From Eledone cirrhosa (lineage: Eukaryota), in contig OZ024742.1 in NCBI GenBank assembly GCA_964016885.1, positions 164,362,001-164,426,000 of the forward strand: a stretch of 64,000 nt of DNA. The letters are read 5' to 3'. Positions 12,471 to 26,335 of this stretch are shown here, piece after piece; position 1 is the stretch's first letter; each line of letters starts with the position of its first letter. The position numbers and the translations under genes are program-made. The notes under the pieces are model-generated. The model made no database searches, was not told the origin of the DNA, and saw only the letters and a list, made by a program, of their open reading frames with translations.

Positions 12471-12880
12471 ATCTAATGATTTTAAAAAAAAAATTATCTC
12501 CCCTTCGCTGGCTGGAAATTATCTCCCCTTCGCTGGCTGGAAATTATCTCCCCTTGGACGCTGGAAATTATAGCCCCTTGGAGGGCTGGAAATTATCTTC
12601 CCTTGGACGGCTGGAAATTATCTCCCCTTGGCTCGAAATTATCTCCCCTTGGACGGCTAGAAATTATCTCTCTTTGGACGGCTGGAAATTATCTCCCTTT
12701 GATTTTTTTTACAAATTATCTCCCCCTGATTTTTTTTACAAATCTCCCCCTGATTTTTTAAAAAAAATTATCTCCCCTTCGCTGGCTGGAAATTATCTCC
12801 CCTTGGACACTGGAAATTATAGCCCCTTGGAGGGCTGGAAATTATCTTCCCTTGGACGGCTGGAAATTATCTCTGCTTGA
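12471..12880 (+). repeat. Divergent monomer island (HOR landmark); copies at ~25541, 27567, 44442, 58381
   Basis: Contains ATCTAATGATTTTA(n), TTCGCTGGCTGG, GGACGCTGG, TTATAGCCCC, GGAGGGCTGG, GGCTCGAAA and GGACACTGG, which are rare or absent elsewhere. Confidence 0.88.
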
Positions 12881-13500
12881 TTTTTTTTACAAATTATCTC
12901 CCCCTGATTTTTTTTTACAAATTATCCCCCCCGATTTTTTTTACAAATTATCTCCCCCTGATTTTTTTTACAAATTATCTCCCCTTGGACGGCTGGAAAT
13001 TATCTCCCCTTGGACGGCTGGAAATTATCTCCCCTTGGACGGCTAGAAATTACCTCTCCTTGGACGACTGAAAATTATCTCCCCTTGGACGGCTGCAAAT
13101 TATCTCCCCTTGATTTTTTTTACAAATTATCTCCGCCTGATTTTTTTTTTAAAATTATCTCCCCTTGGACGGCTGGAAATTACCTCCCCTTGGACGGCTG
13201 GAAATTATCTCCCCTTGGACGGCTAGAAATTACCTCTCATTGGACGGCTGAAAATTATCTCCCCTTGGACGGCTGGAAATTATCTCTCCTTGATTTTTTT
13301 TACAAATTATCTCCCCCTGATTTTTTTTTACAAATTATCTCCCCCTGATTTTTTTTTTACAAATTATCTCCGCCTGATTTTTTTTTAAAATTATCTCTCC
13401 TTGGACGGCTGGATATTATCTCCCCTTTCATTTTTTTTACAAATTATCTCCCCCTGATTTTTTTTTACAAATTATCTCCCCCTGATTTTTTTTTACAAAT

Positions 13501-16500
13501 TATCTCCACCTGATTTTTTAAAAAATTATCTCCCCTTGGACGGCTGGAAATTATCTCCCCTTGATTTTTTTACAAATTATCTCCCCCTGATTTTTTTTAC
13601 AAATTATCTCCCCCTGATTTTATGTTACAAATTATCTCCCCCTGATTTTTTTTACAAATTATCTCCCCCTGATTTTTTTTACAAATTATCTCCGCCTGAT
13701 TTTTTTAAATATTATCTTCCCTTGGCTGGCGGGAAATTATCTCCCCTTGGACGGCTGGAAATTATCTCCCCTTGATTTTTTTTACAAATTATCTCCCCCT
13801 GATTTTTTTTTACAAATTATCTCCCCCTGATTTTTTTTTACAAATTATCTCCCCCTGATTTTTTTTTACAAATTATCTCCCCCTGATTTTTTTTTACAAA
13901 TCTCCCCCTGATTTTTTTATAAATTATCTCCCCTTGGCTGGCTGGAAATTATCTCCCCTTGGAGGCTGGAATTTATCTCCCCTTGGACGGCTAGAAATTA
14001 CCTCTCCTTGGATGGCTGGAAAATATGTCTCCTTGGACGGCTGGATATTATCTACCCTTGGACGGCTGGAAATTATCTCCCCTTGGACGGCTGGAAATTA
14101 TCTCCCCTTGGACGGCTAGATATTACCTCCCATTGGACGGCTGGAAATTATCTCCCCTTGATTTTTTTTACAAATTATCTCCCCCTGATTTTTTTTTACG
14201 AATTATCTCCCCCTGATTTTTTTTTACAAATTATCTCCGCCTGATTTTTTTTTTTAAATTATCTCCCCTTGAACGGCTGGAAATTATCTCCCCTTGGACG
14301 GCTGGAAATTATCTCCCCTTGGACGGCTAGAAATTACCTCTCCTTGGACGGCTGAAAATTATCTCCCCTTGGACGGCTGCAAATTATCTCCCCTTGATTT
14401 TTTTAACAAATTATCTCCCCCTGATTTTTTTTTACAAATTATCTCCCCCTGATTTTTTTTTTACAAATTATCTACGCCTAATTTTTTTTACAAATTATCT
14501 CCCCCTGATTTTTTTTTACAAATTATCTCCCCCTGATTTTTTTTACAAATTATCTCCCCCTGATTTTTTTTACAAATTATCTCCCCCTGATTTTTTTACA
14601 AATTATCTCCCCCCTGATTTTTTTTACAATCTCCGCCTGATTTTTTTAAAAATTATCTTCCCTTGGCTGGCGGGAAATTATCTCCCCTTGGACGGCTGGA
14701 AATTATATCCCCTTGGAAGGATGGAAATTATCTCCCCTTGGACGGCTGGAAATTATCTCCCCTTGGACGGCTGGAAATTACCTCCCCTTGGACAGCTGGA
14801 AATTATCTGCCCTTGATTTTGTTTTTACAAATTATCTCCCCCTGATTTTTTTTACAAATTATCTCCACCTGATTTTTTAAAAAATTATCTCCCCTTGGAC
14901 GGCTGGAAATTATCTCCCCTTGATTTTTTTACAAATTATCTCCCCCTGATTTTTTTTACAAATTATCTCCCCCTGATTTTTTTTTACAAATTATCTCCCC
15001 CTGATTTTTTTTACAAATTATCTCCGCCTGATTTTTTTAAATATTATCTTCCCTTGGCTGGCGGGAAATTATCTCCCCTTGGACGGCTGAAAATTATCTC
15101 CCCTTGGACGGCTGGAAATTATCTCCCCTTGATTTTTTTTACAAATTATCTCCCCCTGATTTTTTTTTACAAATTATCTCCCCCTGATTTTTTTTTACAA
15201 ATTATCTTCCCCTGATTTTTTTTTACAAATTATCTGCCCCTGATTTTTTTTACAAATTATCTCCCCCTGATTTTTTTACAAATTATCTCCCCTTGGCTGG
15301 CTGGAAATTATCTCCCCTTGGAGGCTGGAATTTATCTCCCCTTGGACGGCTAGAAATTACCTCTCCTTGGACGGCTGGAAAATATTTCTCCTTGGACGGC
15401 TGGATATTATCTACCCTTGGACGGGTGGAAATTATCTCCCCTTGGACGGCTGGAAATTATCTCCCCTTGGACGGCTAGATATTACCTCCCCTTGGACGGC
15501 TGGAAATTATCTCCCCTTGATTTTTTTTACAAATTATCTCCCCCTGATTTTTTTTACAAATTATCTCCACCTGATTTTTTTACAAATTATCTCCCCCTGA
15601 TTTTTTTTACAAATTATCTCCCCCTGATTTTTTTTTTACAAATTATCTCCCCCTGATTTTTTTACAAATTATCTCCCCCTGATTTTTTTTACAAATTATC
15701 TCCGCCTGATTTTTTTAAATATTATCTTCCCTTGGCTGGCGGGAAATTATCTCCCCTTGGACGGCTGAAAATTATCTCCCCTTGGACGGCTGGAAATTAT
15801 CTCCCCTTGATTTTTTTTACAAATTATCTCCCCCTGATTATTTTTTACAAATTATCTTTCCCTGATTTTTTTTACAAATTATCTCCCCCTGATTTTTTTT
15901 ACAAATTATCTCCCCCTGATTTTTTTACAAATTATCTCCCCTTGGCTGGCTGGAAATTATCTCCCCTTGGAGGCTGGAATTTATCTCCCCTTGGACGGCT
16001 GGAAATTATCTCTCCTTGGACGGCTAGTAATTACCTCTCCTTGGACGGCTGGAAAATATGTCTCTTTGGAGGGCTGGAAATTATCTCCCCTTGGACGGCT
16101 GGAAATTATCTCCCCTTGGACGGCTGGAAATTATCTCTCCTTGGACGGCTAGAAATTACCTCTCCTTGGACGGCTGAAAATTATCTCTCCTTGGACGGCT
16201 GGAAATTATCTCCCCTTGGACGGCTAGATATTACCTCCCCTTGGACGGCTGGAAATTATCTCCCCTTGATTTTTTTTACAAATTATCTCCCCCTGATTTT
16301 TTTTACAAATTATCTCCACCTGATTTTTTTACAAATTATCTCCCCCTGATTTTTTTTACAAATTATCTCCGCCTAATTTTTTTAAATATTATCTTCCCTT
16401 GGCTGGCGGGAAATTATCTCCCCTTGGACGGCTGAAAATTATCTCCCCTTGGACGGCTGGAAATTATCTCCCCTTGATTTTTTTTACAAATTATATCCCC

Positions 16501-19500
16501 CTGATTTTTTTTACAAATTATCTCCCCCTGATTTTTTTTTACAAATTATCTCCCCCTGATTTTTTTTTACAAATTATCTCCCCCTGATGTTTTTTACAAA
16601 TTATCTCCCTTTGGCTGGCTGGAAATTATCTCCCCTTGGAGGCTGGAATTTATCTCCCCTTGGACGGCTAGAAATTACCTCGCCTTGGACGGCTGGAAAA
16701 TATGTCTCCTTGGACGGCTGGAAATTATCTCCCCTTGGACGGCTGGAAATTATCTCCCCTTGGACGGCTGGAAATTATCTCCCATTGGACGGCTAGATAT
16801 TACCTCCCCTTGGACGGCTGGAAATTATCTCCCCTTGATTTTTTTTACAAATTATCTCCCCCTGATTTTTTTTTACAAATTATCTCCCCCTGATTTTTTT
16901 TACAAATTATCTCCCCCTGATTTTTTTACAAATTATCTCCCCCCGATTTTTTTTACAAATTATATCCGCCTAATTTTTTTAAATATTATCTTCCCTTGGC
17001 TGGCGGGAAATTATCTCCCCTTGGACGGCTGAAAATTATCTCCCCTTGGACGGCTGGAAATTATCTCCCCTTGATTTTTTTACAAATTATCTCCCCCTGA
17101 TTATTTTTTACAAATTATCTCCCCCTGATTTTTTTTTACAAATTATCTCCCTCTGATTTTTTTTACAAATTATCTCCCCTTGGCTGGCTGGAAATTATCT
17201 CCCCTTGGAGGCTGGAATTTGTCTCCCCTTGGACGGTTAGAAATTACCTCTCCTTGGACTGCTGGAAAATATGTCTCCTTGGACGGCTGGAAATTATCTC
17301 CCCTTGGACGGCTGGAAATTATCTCCCCTTGGACGGCTGGAAATTATCTCTCCTCGGACGACTAGAAATTACCTCTCCTTGGACAGCTGAAAATTATCTC
17401 CCCTTGGACGGCTGGAAATTATCTCCACTTGATTTTTTTTACAAATTATCTCCCCCTGATTTTTTTTTACAAATTATCTCCCCCTGATTTTTTTTTACAA
17501 ATTATCTCCCCATGATTTTTTTTACAAATTATCTCCCCCTGATATTTTTTACAAATTATCTCCCCCTGATTTTTTTACAAATTATCTCCCCTTGGCTGGC
17601 TGGAAATTATCTCCCCTTGGAGGCTGGAATTTATCTCCCCTTGGACGGCTAGAAATTACCTCGCCTTGGACGGCTGGAAAATATGTCTCCTTGGACGGCT
17701 GGAAATTATCTCCCCTTGGACGGCTGGAAATTATCTCCCCTTGGACGGCTGGAAATTATCTCCCCTTGGACGGCTAGATATTACCTCCCCTTGGACGGCT
17801 GGAAATTATCTCCCCTTGATTTTTTTTACAATTTATCTCCCCCTGATTTTTTTTTACAAATTATCTCCCCCTGATTTTTTTTTACGAATTATCTCCCCCT
17901 GATTTTTTTTTACAAATTATCTCCGCCTGATTTTTTTTTAAAAATTATCTACCCTTGAACGGCTGGAAATTATCTCCCCTTGGACGGCTGGAAATTATCT
18001 CCCCTTGGACGGCTAGAAATTACCTCTCCTTGGACGGCTGAAAATTATCTCCCCTTGGACGGCTGCAAATTATCTCCCCTTGATTTTTTAACAAATTATC
18101 TCCCCCTGATTTTTTTTTACAAATTATCTCCCCCTGATTTTTTTTTACAAATTATCTACGCCTAATTTTTTTTACAAATTATCTCCCCCTGATTTTTTTT
18201 ACAAATTATCTCCCCCTGATTTTTTTTACAAATTATCTCCCCCTGATTTTTTTTTACAAATTATTTCCCCCTGATTTTTTTACAAATTATCTCCCCCCTG
18301 ATTTTTTTAAAAATTATCTTCCCTTGGCTGGCGGGAAATTATCTCCCCTTGGACGGCTGGAAATTATATCCCCTTGGAGGCTGGAATTTATCTCCCCTTG
18401 GACGGCTAGAAATTACCTCGCCTTGGACGGCTGGAAAATATGTCTCCTTGGACGGCTGGAAATTATCTCCCCTTGGACGGCTGGAAATTATCTCCCCTTA
18501 GACGGCTGGAAATTATCTCCCCTTGGACGGCTAGATATTACCTCCCCTTGGACGGCTGGAAATTATCTCCCCTTGATTTCTTTTACAAATTATCTCCCCC
18601 TGATTTTTTTTTACAAATTATCTCCCCCTGATTTTTTTTTACGAATTATCTCCCCCTGATTTTTTTTTACAAATTATCTCCCCTTGAACGGCTGGAAATT
18701 ATCTCCCCTTGGACGGCTGGAAATTATCTCCCCTTGAAAGGCTAGAAATTACCTCTCCTTGGACGGCTGAAAATTATCTCCCCTTGGACGGCTGCAAATT
18801 ATCTCCCCTTGATTTTTTAACAAATTACCTCGCCTTGGACGGCTGGAAAATATGTATCCTTGGACGGCTGGAAATTATCTCCCCTTGGACGGCTGGAAAT
18901 TATCTCCCCTTGGACGGCTGGAAATTATCTCCCATTGGACGGCTAGATATTACCTCCCCTTGGACGGCTGCAAATTATCTCCCCTTGATTTTTTTAACAA
19001 ATTATCTCCCCCTGATTTTTTTTTACAAATTATCTCCCCCTGATTTTTTTTTACAAATTATCTACGCCTAATTTTTTTTACAAATTATCTCCCCCTGATT
19101 TTTTTTTACAAATTATCTCCCCCTGATTTTTTTTACAAATTATCTCCCCCTGATTTTTTTTTACAAATTATCTCCCCCTGATTTTTTTACAAATTATCTC
19201 CCCCCTGATTTTTTTTACAATCTCCGCCTGATTTTTTTAAAAATTATCTTCCCTTGGCTGGCGGGAAATTATCTCCCCTTGGACGGCTGGAAATTATATC
19301 CCCTTGGAAGGATGGAAATTATCTCCCCTTGGACGGCTGGAAATTATCTCCCCTTGGACGGCTGGAAATTATCTCCCCTTGGACAGCTGGAAATTATCTG
19401 CCCTTGATTTTGTTTTTACAAATTATCTCCCCCTGATTTTTTTTACAAATTATCTCCACCTGATTTTTTAAAAAATTATCTCCCCTTGGACGGCTGGAAA

Positions 19501-22500
19501 TTATCTCCCCTTGATTTTTTTACAAATTATCTCCCCCTGATTTTTTTTACAAATTATCTCCCCCTGATTTTTTTTTTACAAATTATCTCCCCCTGATTTT
19601 TTTTACAAATTATCTCCGCCTGATTTTTTTAAATATTATCTTCCCTTGGCTGGCGGGAAATTATCTCCCCTTGGACGGCTGAAAATTATCTCCCCTTGGA
19701 CGGCTGGAAATTATCTCCCCTTGATTTTTTTTACAAATTATCTCCCCCTGATTTTTTTTACAAATTATCTCCCCCTGATTTTTTTTTACAAATTATCTCC
19801 CCCTGATTTTTTTTTACAAATTATCTGCCCCTGATTTTTTTTACAAATTATCTCCCCCTGATTTTTTTACAAATTATCTCCCCTTGGCTGGCTGGAAATT
19901 ATCTCCCCTTGGAGGCTGGAATTTATCTCCCCTTGGACGGCTAGAAATTACCTCTCCTTGGAAGGCTGGAAAATATTTCTCCTTGGACGGCTGGATATTA
20001 TCTACCCTTGGACGGGTGGAAATTATCTCCCCTTGGACGGCTGGAAATTATCTCCCCTTGGACAGCTAGATATTACCTCCCCTTGGACGGCTGGAAATTA
20101 TCTCCCCTTGATTTTTTTTACAAATTATCTCCCCCTGATTTTTTTTACAAATTATCTCCACCTGATTTTTTTACAAATTATCTCCCCCTGATTTTTTTTA
20201 CAAATTATCTCCCCCTGATTTTTTTACAAATTATCTCCCCTTGGCTGGCTGGAAATTATCTCCCCTTGGAGGCTGGAATTTATCTCCCCTTGGACGGCTG
20301 GAAATTATCTCCCCTTGATTTTTTTTACAAATTATCTACCCCTGATTTTTTTTACAAATTATCTCCCCCTGATTTTTTTTACAAATTATCTCCCCCTGAT
20401 TTTTTTACAAATTATCTCCCCCTGATTTTTTTACAAATTATCTCCCCCTGATTTTTTTTTACAAATTATCTACGCCTAATTTTTTTTACAAATTATCTCC
20501 CCCTGATTTTTTTTTACAAATTATCTCCCCCTGATTTTTTTTTACAAATTATCTCCCCCTGATTTTTTTTTACAAATTATCTCCCCCTGATTTTTTTACA
20601 AATTATCTCCCCCCTGATTTTTATTACAATCTCCGCCTGATTTTTTAAAAAATTATCTTCCCTTGGCTGGCGGGAAATTATCTTCCCTTGGACGGCTGGA
20701 AATTATATCCCCTTGGAAGGATGGAAATTATCTCCCCTTGGACGGCTGGAAATTATCTCCCCTTGGACGGCTGGAAATTATCTCCCCTTGGACAGCTGGA
20801 AATTATCTGCCCTTGATTTTGTTTTTACAAATTATCTCCCCCTGATTTTTTTTACAAATTATCTCCACCTGATTTTTTAAAAAATTATCTCCCCTTGGAC
20901 GGCTGGAAATTATCTCCCCTTGGCTGGAAATTATCTCCCCTTGGACGGCTAGAAATTATCTCTCTTTGGACGGCTGGAAATTATCTGCCTTTGATTTTTT
21001 TTACAAATTATCTCCCCCTGATTTTTTTTTACAAATTATCTCACCCTGATTTTTTTTACAAATTATCTCCCTCTGATTTTTTTACAAATTATCTCCCCTT
21101 GGCTGGCTGGAAATTATCTCCCCTTGGAGGCTGGAATTTATCTCCCCTTGGACGGCTAGAAATTACCTCTCCTTGGACGGCTGGAAAATATGTCTCCTTG
21201 GACGGCTGGATATTATCTACCCTTGGACGGCTGGAAATTATCTCCCCTTGGACGGCTGGAAATTATCTCCCCTTGGACGGCTAGATATTACCTCCCCTTG
21301 GACGGCTGGAAATTATCTCCCCTTGATTTTTTTACAAATTATCTCCCCCTGATTTTTTTACAAATTATCTCCCCCTGATTTTTTTTACAAATTATCTCCG
21401 CCTAATTTTTTTAAATATTATCTTCCCTTGGCTGGCGGGAAATTATCTCCCCTTGGACGGCTGAAAATTATCTCCCCTTGGACGGCTGGAAATTATCTCC
21501 CCTTGATTTTTTTTACAAATTATCTCCCCCTGATTTTTTTTTACAAATTATCTCCCCCTGATTTTTTTTACAAATTATCTCCCCCTGATTTTTTTACAAA
21601 TTATCTCCCCTTGGCTGGCTGGAAATTATCTCCCCTTGGAGGCTGGAATTTATCTCCCCTTGGACGGCTAGAAATTACCTCTCCTTGGACGGCTGGAAAA
21701 TATGTCCTTGGACGGCTGGATATTATCTACCCTTGGACGGCTGGAAATTATCTCCCCTTGGACGGCTGGAAATTATCTCCCCTTGGACGGCTAGATATTA
21801 CCTCCCCTTGGACGGCTGGAAATTATCTCCCCTTGATTTTTTTTACAAATTATCTCCCCCTGATTTTTTTTTACAAATTATCTCCCCCTGATTTTTTTTT
21901 ACAAATTATCTACCCCTGATTTTTTTTTACAAATTATCTCCCCCTGATTTTTTTTACAAATTATCTCCCCCTGATTTTTTTTTACAAATTATCTCCCCCT
22001 GATTTTTTTTTACAAATTATCTACCCCTGATTTTTTTTACAAATTATCTCCCCCTGATTTTTTTTACAAAATATCTCCCCCTGATTTTGTTTACAAATTA
22101 TCTCCCCCTGATTTTTTTACAAATTATCTCCCCCTGATTTTTTTTACAAATTATCTCCGCCTAATTTTTTTAAATATTATCTTCCCTTGGCTGGCGGGAA
22201 ATTATCTCCCCTTGGACGGCTGAAAATTATCTCTCCTTGGACGGCTGGAAATTATCTCCCCTTGATTTTTTTTACAAATTATCTCCCCCTGATTATTTTT
22301 TACAAATTATCTCCCCCTGATTTTTTTTTACAAATTATCTCCCCCTGATTTTTTTTACAAATTATCTCCCCCTGATTTTTTTACAAATTATCTCCCCTTG
22401 GCTGGCTGGAAATTATCTCCCCTTGGAGGCTGGAATTTATCTCCCCTTGGACGGTTAGAAATTACCTCTCCTTGGACGGCTGGAAAATATGTCTCCTTGG

Positions 22501-25500
22501 ACGGCTGGAAATTATCGCCCCTTGGACGGCTGGAAATTATCTCCCCTTGGACGGCTGGAAATTATCTCTCCTCGGACGGCTAGAAATTACCTCTCCTTGG
22601 ACAGCTGAAAATTATCTCCCCTTGGACGGCTGGAAATTATCTCCCCTTGATTTTTTTTACAAATTATCTCCCCCTGATTTTTTTTTACAAATTATCTCCC
22701 CCTGATTTTTTTTTACAAATTATCTCCCCCTGATTTTTTTTTACAAATTATCTCCCCCTGATATTTTTTACAAATTATCTCCCCCTGATTTTTTTACAAA
22801 TTATCTCCCCTTGGCTGGCTGGAAATTATCTCCCCTTGGAGGCTGGAATTTATCTCCCCTTAGACGGCTAGAAATTACCTCGCCTTGGACGGCTGGAAAA
22901 TATGTCTCCTTGGACGGCTGGAAATTATCTCCCCTTGGACGGCTGGAAATTATCTCCCCTTGGACGGCTGGAAATTATCTCCCCTTGGACGGCTAGATAT
23001 TACCTCCCCTTGGACGGCTGGAAATTATCTCCCCTTGATTTTTTTTACAAATTATCTCCCCCTGATTTTTTTTTACAAATTATCTCCCCCTGATTTTTTT
23101 TTACGAATTATCTCCCCCCGATTTTTTTTTACAAATTATCTCCGCCTGATTTTTTTAAAAAAATTATCTCCCCTTGAACGGCTGGAAATTATCTCCCCTT
23201 GGACGGCTGGAAATTATCTCCCCTTGGACGGCTAGAAATTACCTCTCCTTGGACGGCTGAAAATTATCTCCCCTTGGACGGCTGCAAATTATCTCCCCTT
23301 GATTTTTTAACAAATTATCTCCCCCTGATTTTTTTTACAAATTATCTCCCCCTGATTTTTTTTTACAAATTATCTCCCCCTGATTTTTTTACAAATTATC
23401 TCCCCCTGATTTTTTTTACAATCTCCGCCTGATTTTTTTAAAAATTATCTTCCCTTGGCTGGCGGGAAATTATCTCCCCTTGGACGGCTGGAAATTATAT
23501 CCCCTTGGAAGGATGGAAATTATCTCCCCTTGGACGGCTGGAAATTATCTCCCCTTGGACGGCTGGAAATTATCTCCCCTTGGACAGCTGGAAATTATCT
23601 GCCCTTGATTTTGTTTTTACAAATTATCTCCCCCTGATTTTTTTTACAAATTATCTCCACCTGATTTTTTAAAAAATTATCTCCCCTTGGACGGCTGGAA
23701 ATTATCTCCCCTTGATTTTTTTACAAATTATCTCCCCCTGATTTTTTTTACAAATTATCTCCCCCTGATTTTTTGTTACAAATTATCTCCCCCTGATTTT
23801 TTTAAAAATTATCTCCCCCTGATTTTTTTTACAAATTATCTCCGCCTGATTTTTTTAAATATTATCTTCCCTTGGCTGGCGGGAAATTATCTCCCCTTGG
23901 ACGGCTGAAAATTATCTCCCCTTGGACGGCTGGAAATTATCTCCCCTTGATTTTTTTACAAATTATCTCCCCCTGATTTTTTTTTACAAATTATCTCCCC
24001 CTGATTTTTTTTACAAATTATCTCCCCCTGATTTTTTTTTACAAATTATCTCCCCCTGATTTTTTTTTACAAATTATCTCCCCCTGATTTTTTTACAAAT
24101 TATCTCCCCTTGGCTAGCTGGAAATTATCTCCCCTTGGAGGCTGGAATTTATCTCCCCTTGGACGGCTAGAAATTACCTCTCCTTGGACGGCTGGAAAAT
24201 ATGTCTCCTTGGACGGCTGGATATTATCTACCCTTGGACGGCTGGAAATTATCTCCCCTTGGACGGCTGGAAATTATCTCCCCTTGGACGGCTAGATATT
24301 ACCTCCCCTTGGACGGCTGGAAATTATCTCCCCTTGATTTTTTTTACAAATTATCTCCCCCTGATTTTTTTTTACGAATTATCTCCCCCTGATTTTTTTT
24401 TACAAATTATCTCCGCCTGATTTTTTTTTTAAATTATCTCCCCTTGAACGGCTGGAAATTATCTCCCCTTGGACGGCTGGAAATTATCTCCCCTTGGACG
24501 GCTAGAAATTACCTCTCCTTGGACGGCTGAAAATTATCTCCCCTTGGACGGCTGCAAATTATCTCCCCTTGATTTTTTTAACAAATTATCTCCCCCTGAT
24601 TTTTTTTTACAAATTATCTCCCCCTGATTTTTTTTTACAAATTATCTACGCCTAATTTTTTTTACAAATTATCTCCCCCTGATTTTTTTTTACAAATTAT
24701 CTCCCCCTGATTTTTTTTACAAATTATCTCCCCCTGATTTTTTTACAAATTATCTCCCCCCTGAATTTTTTTACAATCTCCGCCTGATTTTTTTAAAAAT
24801 TATCTTCCCTTGGCTGGCAGGAAATTATCTCCCCTTGGTCGGCTGGAAATTATATCCCCTTGGAAGGATGGAAATTATCTCCCCTTGGACGGCTGGAAAT
24901 TATCTCCCCTTGGACGGCTGGAAATTACCTCCCCTTGGACAGCTGGAAATTATCTGCCCTTGATTTTGTTTTTACAAATTATCTCCCCCTGATTTTTTTT
25001 ACAAATTATCTCCACCTGATTTTTTAAAAAATTATCTCCCCTTGATTTTTTTACAAATTATCTCCCCCTGATTTTTTTTACAAATTATCTCCCCCTGATT
25101 TTTTTTTTACAAATTATCTCCCCCTGATTTTTTTACAAATTATCTCCCCCTGATTTTTTTTACAAATTATCTCCGCCTGATTTTTTTTACAAATTATCTC
25201 CCCTTGGCTGGCTGGAAATTATCTCCCCTTGGAGGCTGGAATTTATCTCCCCTTGGACGGCTAGAAATTACCTCTCCTTGGACGGCTGGAAAATATGTCC
25301 TTGGACGGCTGGATATTATCTACCCTTGGACGGCTGGAAATTATCTCCCCTTGGACGGCTGGAAATTATCTCCCCTTGGAGGCTGGAATTTATCTCCCCT
25401 TGGACGGCTAGAAATTACCTCTCCTTGGACGGCTGGAAAATATGTCCTTGGACGGCTGGATATTACCTCCCCTTGGACGGCTGGAAATTATCTCCCCTTG

Positions 25501-26335
25501 ATTTTTTTTACAAATTATCTCCCCCTGATTTTTTTTACAAATCTAATGATTTTAAAAAAAAAATTATCTCCCCTTCGCTGGCTGGAAATTATCTCCCCTT
25601 CGCTGGCTGGAAATTATCTCCCCTTGGACGCTGGAAATTATAGCCCCTTGGAGGGCTGGAAATTATCTTCCCTTGGACGGCTGGAAATTATCTCCCCTTG
25701 GCTCGAAATTATCTCCCCTTGGACGGCTAGAAATTATCTCTCTTTGGACGGCTGGAAATTATCTCCCTTTGATTTTTTTTACAAATTATCTCCCCCTGAT
25801 TTTTTTTACAAATCTCCCCCTGATTTTTTAAAAAAAATTATCTCCCCTTCGCTGGCTGGAAATTATCTCCCCTTGGACACTGGAAATTATAGCCCCTTGG
25901 AGGGCTGGAAATTATCTTCCCTTGGACGGCTGGAAATTATCTCTGCTTGATTTTTTTTACAAATTATCTCCCCCTGATTTTTTTTTACAAATTATCCCCC
26001 CCGATTTTTTTTACAAATTATCTCCCCCTGATTTTTTTTACAAATTATCTCCCCTTGGACGGCTGGAAATTATCTCCCCTTGGACGGCTGGAAATTATCT
26101 CCCCTTGGACGGCTAGAAATTACCTCTCCTTGGACGACTGAAAATTATCTCCCCTTGGACGGCTGCAAATTATCTCCCCTTGATTTTTTTTACAAATTAT
26201 CTCCGCCTGATTTTTTTTTTTAAATTATCTCCCCTTGGACGGCTGGAAATTACCTCCCCTTGGACGGCTGGAAATTATCTCCCCTTGGACGGCTAGAAAT
26301 TACCTCTCATTGGACGGCTGAAAATTATCTCCCCT
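13501..26335 (+). repeat. Higher-order repeat copy 2
   Basis: Same order of rare variants as copy 1, e.g. GCTAGTAATT, ATGTATCC, TATCGCCCC, GGCTAGCTGG, GGTCGG, ATCTAATGA. Confidence 0.9.

Larger units (their letters stand above)
590..13500 (+). repeat. Higher-order repeat copy 1 (~12.9 kb)
   Basis: Matches the next copy at offsets 12,940 (994/13934), 12,939 (2793/15732), 13,099 (6547/19646) and 13,070 (12134/25204). Confidence 0.9.
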
